Below are positions 12,807 to 23,456 of a DNA stretch of 64,000 bases, piece after piece. Every line of letters starts with the position of its first letter. Position 1 is the stretch's first letter. Origin of the DNA: Macrostomum lignano (Eukaryota); assembly GCA_002269645.1 (NCBI GenBank), contig NIVC01001450.1, forward strand, positions 223,257 to 287,256, read 5' to 3'. A program made the position numbers and the translations under genes. A model generated the notes under the pieces. That model was not told the DNA's origin. It ran no database searches and was given only the letters and a program-made list of their open reading frames with translations.

Positions 12807-13221
12807 CTAAAATGAAATTTTGACCTGCTAGCTAGTAGCTACTATAAAAGATTATTTAGGCTAGGGCCTAGCTAGCTACCATATTAGGCCAAAGCCCAGA
12901 GTCTATACTATGAACTACTATATAGTTTGCTTAAATAGAACAATATCAGAGCCCACAAAGATAAAGCCAAGGACTAAAATGCATTACCCTTAGCTACTTC
13001 TATCCCAAGGATATGCAAAGTTGCAAATGCAAATCCCCTTTTTGACTCTAATAAGGCCAGGGAAATTGGCTTTTAAAGCATAGCTTAAAGGCATACATTT
13101 TGACACTTCCTCTATGGCCAATTATAGCTACTAAGGTATATCTTGATTGCTTTGCTTTGTTGCTTGTTGCTTTGCATTTAATTACTCTATTTGACTTAAG
13201 TCATTGCTTATGTCATGAAAT

Positions 13222-14770
13222 CAGTGTTGGGCACTTCCGTTACCGAGTAACTTGCAAATGGTAACGCAAGTTACTTTTTCGTAAAGCGTTCCTTACGCAA
13301 GTTACTTTTTTATTTTAGTAACGGAGTAACGGTAAGTTACTCAAATTTCGGAAGTCCGTTACAGTTACTTTTCAACAATCGCCATATTTAAATTTAAAAC
13401 TGAAATTCTTAGCTAGTACGCCGGTTGTCACATGTTTTTGCATTTTTCATTCCTAAATTCAAAATTAAGTAATAGTATCATATGGTATTGCGCTTAATTA
13501 TTGAAGAAATACTTGAAACATGTTTTACTTTGTTAATTTCCGTAAAATATTTTCGCCTTTCATTTTCGATCGTTACTAAAAATTTTCTAGGTTTGATTCA
13601 AACAAAAAACCAAAGAAAGAAATTCATCTGTAGCCTCCACAAGTCCCTCCACTGGCACTGCAGTACCAAGGACGACTTAAGTAGAAGGACGGGAAACCTC
13701 GTTTCTTAGAAAAGTTTTGAAGGCACTTTTTCCCGAAAAAATACACTACGGAGATAGGAAGTTTTCATTTTTTCAGCACAAAAATTGTTATTGCGTTTGA
13801 TAGGAGGCAGATCCAGTGTTCATCTTTTGATATGTTGTGCCTTTTTTATTGCTCTATCGATATTTATAAAGCTTTTCGTTCAGAGAATTGGGATTCTATG
13901 TTAATTTTTTATTCTACGTATATTTTCGCGTGTCTTGTGCTTGAAATACATTAGAATGCCACGGCTCGGCTCTTTAGCTTCATGAGTCTTTTTTATAATT
14001 CTTACCCGACTGTGTAGCAAATATTTGTAACAGAGATGATAAAATAGGTTCATAAAACCAAATATTGGAGCTGTGTCATGCATTTTTGTGATTTTTAGAT
14101 ACAGGAAATATACGTAGAATAAAAAATTAACATAGAATCCTAATTTTCTGAACGAAAAGCTTTAAAAATATCGATAGAGCAATAAAAAAGGCACAACATA
14201 TCAAAAGATGAACACTGGATCTGCCTCCTATCAAACGCAATAACAATTTTTGTGCTGAAAAAATGAAAACTTCCTATCTCCGTAGTGTATTTTTTCGGGA
14301 AAAAGTGCCTTCAAAACTTTTCTAAGAGGCGAGGTTTCCCGTCCTTCTGCTTGAGTCGTCCTTGTGCAGTACACTAGACCATTTTATACAGTTCTATTTA
14401 TTTTACTCTATTGAATTTTTGATATTCGTTTATTTTATCATTTATAATTTTAATTATTGATTGCCATTGCCCATTGGTCCTTCTACTTGCCTCACATCGT
14501 GTCGCCAATTCCTGTCTCTGTCTGTTAATCGGTTAATCCCAATGCCCAATGGCAAATTTCGGTAACAACAATGTGAAAAAATGTGCAATGTGAAAAAAGC
14601 AGAAAATTTTGTTAATAACATGGGTAACGGAAGTGAGTAACGGACAGTAACTTAAAAGTTACCAGGTTTTTGTCTAAAGTTACTAGGCTAACGTAAGTTA
14701 CTTTTTAAAAATTGGTAACTTAAGTTACAGTAACGCAAGTTACTTTTTTTGAGTAACTTGCCCAACACTG
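13222..14770. mobile_element. Non-autonomous hAT-type transposon (outer element)
   Basis: TIR CAGTGTTGGGCA / TGCCCAACACTG. Exact 8-bp TSD CATGAAAT at 13214-13221 and 14771-14778. Subterminal AGTTAC/GTAAC motif clusters at both ends. Confidence 0.85.
13667..14364. mobile_element. hAT-type MITE (CAAGG family) nested in the outer hAT element
   Basis: Near-perfect ~255-bp inverted arms starting CAAGGACGACT and ending AGTCGTCCTTG. Exact 8-bp TSD TGCAGTAC at 13659-13666 and 14365-14372. Confidence 0.9.
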
Positions 14771-15843
14771 CATGAAATATTAGGCCTAAATTAATTTTTT
14801 TATAAAACTAATTAAATTATTGTTAACAATTTCTGGTTTTTAATTTACTAATCTTGATGAAATTTATCTCTATCTATAGTGCATTTTGATTTTATTTCTA
14901 TGTCTTTAGACTATAATATTTTATTGAGCCTAATAAAAAAACAAGTAATTAATTGAGTTATAAATCGAAATGAACTTCAAAATTTTTAAAATCTAGGCCT
15001 AGCAAATATCTGAGAGAGCAGTTCTAAAATGAGTTATATAAAAGGCCTCTACATTAGGTTGAGTGACAGTGTTGAATCCAACGGGTATGACTCATGTGTG
15101 AAATTCTCAGTGACTGCAGTCTGCAGGAGAGGACAGAAAGGGTCAACTTGTTCAAGTACCTATATTGAATCGATAAGCATATGAGGAAGCAAAGGATAAG
15201 CATAGTTGGTTTGGTGATTGCAGTAGTAGGTTAGTAACAAAGTGGGTCAGGCGAGACAGCCTGTTCGGCCAATAAAAGGTAAACGACCGTATATTTTGTT
15301 AACTGGCTTTGATCTTTGAGTGTGACTAACTAACCACGAATGGTTTCTATGAAATTGTTGATTTTGAATTTGCAAGATTTTAAATATTTACGGTATATAA
15401 AAGGAAAAGCGAAGAGAGCAAAAAACAAAGTACGAAGAGGAGGGATAGCAATACATGTACCAGTAACATAAAAATGTTTTGTAATCAGTTAGTTTGTCGT
15501 AGTAAAATGCGATTGTATTTTGACCTTAATGGGTACACTTGTAGAAAAGCGGAACCCGAATTCAATGCAACTAAAAGATTATAATACACCACTTTAATCC
15601 ATCCGATCCAATAAATAATTAAAATTTTCATTTGCCAAAATAAAAAGGAAAAAACAAAGGAAACGAAAGACAGGGACAAAAGTTTAAGACCGACACGATT
15701 CTCTTTCATGCAGTGTATGGGACACAGGATGTGAAGAGGGGAGAAATAAATAGAGGGGAGGGAATTAAGAAGGAGAGAGGAGAGAGAATAGAGAGAAGAG
15801 ATGAGGAGAGAGAGGAGAGAGAATAGAGAGGGAGAGAAGGGGG

Positions 15844-16200
15844 CCGTAGCCCAGCGGTAGCGCAGCTGCTCTGGTGTGCCAGCGACCCAGGCTCGATTCC
15901 AAGTGCAGTCACATTAATTTGGGGCTGAATTGGAATCTCTGCTTGGCTCTGCTCGTGCAATAAACGGCCTTGAGAGCCAACCCCCAAGGCGCAGTGAAGT
16001 TTACATGCCTAAACGATAATATAAAGTTAAGGCCGCTGTACACTCCCTGTGTGAGTGTGTGCCTGCGTACGTATCCGCGCGCTTGTGTGCCTGCTCAGGG
16101 GAGTCGGCGGAATGGGCAGTAAGCCTGCGCTACAACTCAAAGGGCCCGAGGGTCGGATACAGAGGCTTAAGCTTTGCGGGTCGGAGTTTGCCGACCCCTG
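15844..16200 (+). mobile_element. tRNA-derived SINE (family 2), longest copy
   Basis: Head CCGTAGCCCAGCGGTAGCGC...GGCTCGATTCC. The body block GAGAGCCAACCCCCAAGGCGCAGTGAAG...GGGGAGTCGGCGGAATGGGCAG is shared with 21790-21965 and 33158-33335. The 3' end is approximate. Confidence 0.65.
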
Positions 16201-17066
16201 ACGTACATGTAGACTCTCGTGGAGTTACCCCAGGTACATGTAGAAAGATCGGTTCTGAAGGGAAGGGTTTCACACGGGGTGATGACGTCAAAACACCGCG
16301 GCTGTAACCCTATTATTCTCGCATCCTCAACTCCCGTGGCAAATGTCACCGGCTTCGAACTTGTCTTGACATTTCCTAAATAAGGAAGCTGTCAGATCCA
16401 TGACAGATAATTAGAGGAGAAGGCACGGCTGCAATTCAAGTTTTTTCTAGATTCAAGTGGAAGTGAAAATCAATTTGTTATATAGATATTTTACTAAGCT
16501 GCAGCTGATACTGATATTTGTAATACGCGATACTACTTTATCACTTCAAGCGCTGAACTAGCTCTGCTGTCGGTACTGATTAAGAAACTCAGAGGATGAG
16601 TCCAAATTGAAACATTTCAAAAACAGTGTTCGTTTTTATCAATGTGCTATACCCATAGGACGTGTTTTCAAGTGCCTCATCTACGTTACTACCTATACTA
16701 CTGAGAGATCCTAAGGCTAGCATTAAATTGCAATTGGAGTCGGAATGACAAATTTCTTCTGCTTATAAAATACCACAGTATGTAACTCAGTACATTTACC
16801 AGCTGTACTGAGGCAAGAGGATTAAAATAGAAACGCTCACTGTAGATTCAAAGTGCACGCGTTGGGCTGTGGCTGTACAGTAGGTGGCAGCGGGCGCGCA
16901 CATAATAGCCAAGCGATTATGTCTCTCGCTTTCTACAAGGTACTAAAGCCAACTTAACTGGCGAGCGGTTATAATTAAGCATGAAATTTGCTGATAAGTA
17001 AGGTAATGCGTTAATCACTGCTACTTGCTCGCTAGAATAGCAAGGTACTCACGACTGCTGCTTACG

Positions 17067-20000
17067 ATGAGCATCAGCCTAGAGCATCTACGGCTGCTGT
17101 CGGCCTGCGAAATGGGAGACGTCCAAGAGGCACGTCGGCTACTGCTGGCGGGGGTTTCGCCCGAATGCTGCGAGGCCGACACCAGAGAGACTCCCGTCTA
17201 CGTAGCTGCCAGGTGAGAACATCCCATTCTTATGCATTTCTGGGCTAAACAGAGGAGCAAAAACTGAATCGGAGGTTTGCTCATCATCCGCGCCCAGTCG
17301 TACTGCCCACAGCCGATGCAGGAGGTGCTATTGCTAACGCTGCAGGCACCCTACCGGCGGGGACAGGCACGCACTCGGCGTTTCGTCGACTGCCTGCTAG
17401 CTGACGCCGGCGCCCCGGATTCGGCTGGCGGCGTGGCGTTCATTCGCGGCCTGGCCTTGAAGCGCGCCCTGAGATGCTGACTGCGTATTCTGTTGTTGTT
17501 GTTATGCTTTAACAATAATTCTTTTAACCATCTTTTTCCTTAGAAAAAAGCCTTCGAGAGCTTCAGATAGCTTGAATGTCAAATTTCAAAGTCTAGAAGC
17601 TGGGAGCTATATTCCCATTTAGATTTTTTTGGTTTCGCTCCCAGCTGGTTTCTAATCTGCTGTTCTGTGATAAGATTTAAGATTGCAGTCGGCTTTGGGT
17701 TTTACAGGTGTCCTGCAAGGCTGGCTAAATACTATAGGGCTGGGAAACCAGCGGTTTGCTTATTTCCAACAACACAACAAAATACGCAATCAGATCTTCT
17801 AAAAACAACGTATGCAGCAGAACCTCCTGCATCGTCTGCAGAGAGTACCACGATATCACGCGCAGCGATCGCGTGACATCGCGTGTTGCGTTATTGCTCT
17901 GCCGTTACTCTGATAATTTTTGTAGCCAGGGTCTTTGGATTCTGGAAGAAGATAACAAAAAAGCCAACGTAGCCTTTAAAATAGAGAACTCGCGGCGACC
18001 CGCGAAAGCGTTTCGAGGTCGAATCGATTTTTTAACTGTCTTTAATTTTCATAAGTAGTTGGCGGTATCAGGGTACGAGTAGTTAAGATAAATAAAATTG
18101 GCAAAAAATTCGTTTAAAAAGGATTTTAAAAACATCGATGCAGAGAAGGACACGCAAGAGTCGTCGACCTGCTGGCCCGTTTCGGAGCTGACATCGATCA
18201 CACGGAGGTGGACGGCTTCAGTCCGCTATACATGGCCGCTCAGAACGACCACTGCGCAGCTGCCGAGCGGCTGCTGGCGGCCCAGGCGGACGTGGACCTG
18301 CCGCAGCAAAACGGCGGAACCCCACTGCTCATCGCAACTCAGCAGGGCCACGGCGGCATGGTCCGGCGACTCATTCAGGCCAAAGCCGACGTAAATTGCG
18401 GTAACGTCAATGGCACAACGCCGCTGTACATTGCCTCGCAGTACGGAAACGCAGGCCTCATCCAGCGGCTTTTGGACGCTGGCGCCGCGCCCGATCAGCC
18501 AGAAACCGACGGCACCGCGCCTCTGTGGGTCGCGGCTCAGAACGGACACTTCGAAGCGGTCGAGCGACTTGTGCAGGCCGGCTGCGAGCTGGATCCGCGC
18601 CGCCTCGAGACCCAGTCGACACCGCTGTTCATCGCAGCTGAGAACAACAACCTGGACATTGTGGAGCTGCTGATCACGGCGGGAGCAAACACGGAACTGG
18701 CTGACTATCACAACCAGACGCCGCTGTACACGGCGGCATGGAGTGGCTATTTGTCCGTTGTTGAACGCCTGATCGAAGCTGGAGCCGCTGTCGATGTGGC
18801 GAGATCTGACGACGGCACAACCGCGCTGTTTCGCGCGGCGATTCGAGACCATGCGGCACTCGTTAAACGCCTGGCCGCCGCCGGGGCCAACGTCAACCAC
18901 CCGGCAAGGAACGGTCACACCGTCCTGGTTGCCGTCTCTCTAAAAGGTGACGCAAAGATGGCGGCTCTGCTGCTACAGCTGGGCGCCGACGCAACTGTGG
19001 CGTGCGGAAATGAAAATCCGCCACTGACACCGCTTCGGGCGGCAGTCGAGTTCAATCGAGTGGCCGTGGTTCGAGTGCTGCTAGACGATGCTTCTGCCAA
19101 AGGACGGCGGTTCAACAACTGCGACGAAGCGTTTCGCCGCGACGCTCTGGACTGCACTAGACTGTCTCGGCGGAGAGGCTTGAGGGAGATCGCCAGCCAG
19201 CTGGGAGCGTTCTGGAACACGCGGCCTGTGACTCCGGGGCAGCAACAGAGTCAAAGTTTGACGGTAGAGAGCAGGTGAAAATAGGAGCCTCTGAAATGTT
19301 TATACAACTTTTCCTTTTGGTGTTTCTCATAAAAAAATGAAACAGACATTTAATGGGTTTGATTTGGGTCAGCTAAATGTCATATTTTTGGTCGCATCCA
19401 TACACTAGAGAGCACATTAGGACACTCAGAGAGTAAAAATTTCTTAGAACGCCTTATAACCAACTTTTACCAACTATTTCAGTAACATCACACAGTCAGG
19501 AGCGGCTGAACTCCGAGGACCTCAAAGCCTTCACGAAGCGTTCAACGCTGCCGGTTTCACCAGCGATCGGGCGGCCTTCCAGTGCGCCATGTCGGACGTG
19601 CTCGAGGAGGTGATTCGCGGCCACAGGAACACCAGAGAAGTGAACCTTGTGGGCAGCTACAGCGAGGGCTGGGGCAACAGCCTGGTTTCGCTGAACGGTC
19701 GCACGGACCCAGACTCAGATCTGGACATAACAGAGTTCTCGCACAGGAGACTGTTCCACATTCGGGGCAGGTGTCGCTGCACTGAGCCCCAGGTGGAAGA
19801 TGTCCTGGACTACGACAGGGGCCATGTGCTCTACGAAGGAGCCAGTAAGTTTGTTGTGTTCGGTTTTCGCTGCAAAAATAAAGTCGCACTAAAAAGTTCC
19901 GAAGATATGCAATAAAATTTTGATCGTTACCTGCAGGCTCCAACCCGTCCCTGCCGGACAGAGGCTCCGATCTCAGGCCCGCCATGGACCTGGTGCCAGC

Positions 20001-21378
20001 GTTCGCTTGCTGCTCCTACCCGGATATTGCCGTTCTGCATCAGCAGGACACTTACCTGCCAAAGCTGCTGTTAGCCGAACTGCGAGCGGAGCTGTCGCGG
20101 CCTCGCTCCTGCCACCTGATCCGCGCCTCGGCTCCCGGTTTCGAGGCCAAGCAGATGCGGGTGAGCACGACCTTCTTGGAGAAACGGTTCATGCGCAGTC
20201 TCACCGCAGTCCAGGGACAGCTGTTCCTGACACTCAAGTTCCTCATCAAGCGGGTCATTGGCAAGGAGCTGAATGTACACGGACTCAAGTCCTATCACGC
20301 AAAGACGCTCACGTTCCGCATGGTGACTAGCACGGAGCCAAGACTGTGGCAGCCGGAGAACCTCAGGGAGCTGGTCTGTAGCGCTCTTGAGGATTTGCGC
20401 CACTGCTTGACCACCGCTCCGCCTGGCGAGTGCATGCCGCACTACTTCATGCAGGACGCCCCGCTCTACCTGCGGCGGGGCAGCTCAGCCAAGGCCGAGG
20501 TGATCGCCGCTCTGGACAAGGTGAAGAGCAACTTGGCAATGTACTTGTCCAGTCTGGCGTCACAACTGCAGCCACTGACGGATGCTCAGGCCAGCTTCCG
20601 GCTGCATCCGTTCACCTTGCTACCGATCTACCTGGTGCTGCCTTGGCCAGACGAAGGAGAGCTGCAGTACCACCACCTGTACGCTGTTGTTCGCAAGCTC
20701 GTGCTCGATCTGGGAGCGCCAAAAACTCCGAGGACTCAGGCCGAATTGCAGGAGATGTACCGCCTGGCACAGCGACTGCCTTATTGCGCGCTCACCGCCC
20801 GCACCTGCCTACTCGCGCTGGCGCTGCTCCGAATGTCGCGTCCGTCAGAGGCAGCTCAGCAGCTGCGGCTCAGCCTGGGCTTCGAGAGGCGTCATCAGCG
20901 ACCACTGCTGCGCAGCCTGCCGGTGGGCCTGGCCGCCGGGCAGGACGACGGCGGCCGCGGCAACATCCGCCGCCTGCTGGAGACGACAGACTCGGCATGG
21001 CGGTTCTGCTTCTACTACGAGTCTCTGCCGGGCCCCAGCTTCCACTACCTGCTGCCGAGTCCCAGCGCCTACGCTAGCTTCCCCTGCATCATGGCCAGCT
21101 ACGAGAACTTCTTCTACGTAAACTTCGAGGCTCTGGCCAGATTGCTGATGTGCCAGCTGGCTCCGGACCTGCTGACTACCGCTGAGACGGACAGCTGGTT
21201 CCGGGAGCTGCAGACCGGCGACCCGGACTGGCTGGAGGTGGCCGTGCTCGCCCAGCACAGCCGCCGGCCTGAGCAGCTGAGGTGGGCGCTCAGCTGGCTG
21301 AGCAGTGCGCGGCCGGTGAGCCTCGAGATGCTGCGTGACATTCGACAGAAGATCGATCGGCTGCTGGCACCGGAGTGA
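17067..21378 (+). CDS. Ankyrin-repeat cGAS-like receptor (ANK x~11 + Mab-21/cGLR nucleotidyltransferase + helical C-terminal region), 4 exons, ~1026 aa
   Basis: join(17067-17212, 18144-19274, 19483-19844, 19937-21378) = 3081 nt, with GT-AG introns in phases 2,2,1. Intron 1 restores a perfect ankyrin repeat (TPVYVAAR|EGHARVVDLL). NTase motifs VGSYSEG...SDLDI and DLVPA, and Mab-21 motifs KSYHAKT and PHYF, are present. The ANK and Mab-21 parts are individually secure; the join relies on the donor GTGAAA at 19275. Confidence 0.82.
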
Positions 21379-21479
21379 TGGAGCTGCTGCGGCTTCAGCA
21401 GCTCGAAGCACCGAAGTCAGTGAAGCAATGAACAATATCAGACATATTCGATCAATAATTGATTTATGATAATTGATTA

Positions 21480-21660
21480 CACATACCCTAATAGGCAGAT
21501 GTGCAACCGACAGCTGATTTAACAGCTGAGTGAACTGAAGCAATGCAGAGTTGAGCGTTCTGCTCGTGGACACAAATAGTTCCGAGTGGGTAGAGAATCG
21601 AACCCCCGACCTTTCAGTTGTGAGTCCGACGCTCTAATCACTAGACTACAACTTCCCCCA
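21480..21660 (-). mobile_element. CORE-like SINE family 1, internally deleted copy just 3' of the cGLR gene
   Basis: Reverse-strand head (GAATCGAACCCCCGACCTTTCAG) and the TGAACTGAAGCAATGCAGAG block. Confidence 0.6.
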
Positions 21661-21789
21661 AGAACCCCTCAAAGCCCCGTTTGACTAATTTATTTCCCTG
21701 TCGTTCTGCGTACAGCACGCACGCTACGCCCACAGCCGATTCAATAGCAGTACAAAATCAGATTGCGCGAAAACTTTTGTAGCTGGCGC

Positions 21790-21965
21790 AATCAACTCAC
21801 TTGAGGGGCCAACCCCCAAGGCACAGTGAAGTGTACATGCCTAACGATAAATAAAGTTAGGGCCCCTATACACTCCTGTGTGAGTTTGTGCCTGTGCGTA
21901 TGACTGTGCACGTATCCGTGCGCTTGTGTGCCTGCTCAGAGGAGTCGGCGGAATGGGCAGTGATG
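21790..21965 (+). mobile_element. SINE family 2 body fragment
   Basis: High similarity to 15970-16120 (GGGCCAACCCCCAAGGCACAGTGAAG...GAGTCGGCGGAATGGGCAG). Confidence 0.65.
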
Positions 21966-22539
21966 CCACTCGCCGGTTTTGGGCAATGTCACTCAAGAGA
22001 CAAAGTCTTGAGAGAAATTATTCTTGTCTTGTCTTATTCTAGTCTTGAGAGATAATTTCACAACGATCGAAATTAAAATCTTAAAGTTAGATACTTCAAA
22101 CTCTTCGATCGATTTTTAAACCAACCGACAGGTTTACAATTTTAAATAAAAAACCTTTCTGAGTCTTAGATGCAGAAATACGAGTACTCAGCAACTGCTA
22201 ATCGATGCCTTTTCCCCATCATTTGACAGACAAAACACCTTATTCCTTGTCTAATAATTCTGTTAGACTTGCATGCATTCAAGGGTTCCCAGACCTAAGG
22301 GAGAGAAATGGACCTTTGCAGAGCTCTCATCGTTAGATTGGCAGCATGCAGGTAAAATTGAATAAACTGATCAGCACGAGGATGCGAACACAGGCCTAAA
22401 GGCTATCTCGTGTTTTTATCTAGCCATGTTATCTGCTGAAGGTGGCTGTTGTTCGAGTCTTTTATGCAATCGTTCTTTCAAAACTTTCATTAATTCATTA
22501 TTGCGGAGGGGCTGCTCAACGCTCTTGGCGACACCGTCC

Positions 22540-22760
22540 CGCAACCAGCGCTGAGGCAATACACTCATGCACACGCTCACACAGGGTGTACAGCGGCTCT
22601 GACTTCCTGACCGTCAGGCATGTACACTCTCTCTGCACCTTAGTGGTTGGCCCTCATGGCTGCGAATCGCACGACAACCCCCGGGCCAATTCTCGTGCAC
22701 AAGTCAAGTCCCAAGATACTGTGGCCGCGAGCGGAATCGAACCAGGGACTCTTTTTTATT
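22540..22760 (-). mobile_element. SINE family 2, diverged copy
   Basis: Minus-strand B-box GGTTCGATTCC followed by GAGGGCCAACCACTAAGG...GCCGCTGTACACCCTGTGTGAG. Confidence 0.55.
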
Positions 22761-23456
22761 GTAGCTACGCTCGTATAAATTGTTTTTTGAAAACTTTTTA
22801 AAAGCCTTTCATGAAAGCTCCTTAAAATTGAAATAATAAGCTATACATGTATGAATACCTGTCGCAGCTTGATTGTGTTTGAGCAGTCTTGCTGGACTGG
22901 GCAAGAGTTGCTAATTAGGCAGACATGGAAGCTTAAGAGAAATTGCAACTGCCTGAATTTTACCACCAGAAATGCATTAAGGGTTCTTTGTAGAATTTGA
23001 TGACATTTTGTGCTTCTCGGCTCCCGATGCAATCTTCCATTCTCTGCTACACCTGGCGAGTGCCTGAGGCTGGCAGCTCTGATGGGTTCTCAGACAGGCT
23101 GCTCACGCTCAGCAAACACAATGGGAGCTGAACCCAGAGCAGGTGAAATTCTCTAGCAAAAATATTCAAAGAAGCCAGGCAAGGAGAGAGAAGGCAGCTG
23201 CAAATACGCAGTTTTTGGCTAAACAGTGCCTCGATGCCGTTCCCATGGTGACTGCTAGTGAGACAGCTTTAGACATGATATAACTTTTTAAACAACTGAG
23301 TTCCACCAATCATTAGGGCGATGAGGAGTAGCGGAGTCTGAGTGGCAGCTGAGGCCAGTTAAAGCTGGAAACTCACGCAATTTCCACACGCGGCGCAGCG
23401 TTTTTGTTTTCTTGAAGCCAGCCTAAAATTAGACAAACTTTTTCATTGCTGCCGGA

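Noticed and set aside
18208-19278. Stand-alone 356-aa ankyrin gene
   Set aside because: It starts mid-repeat at GTG, extends upstream to an acceptor at 18143, and its stop overlaps a phase-compatible donor into the Mab-21 exons. It remains possible as a short isoform.
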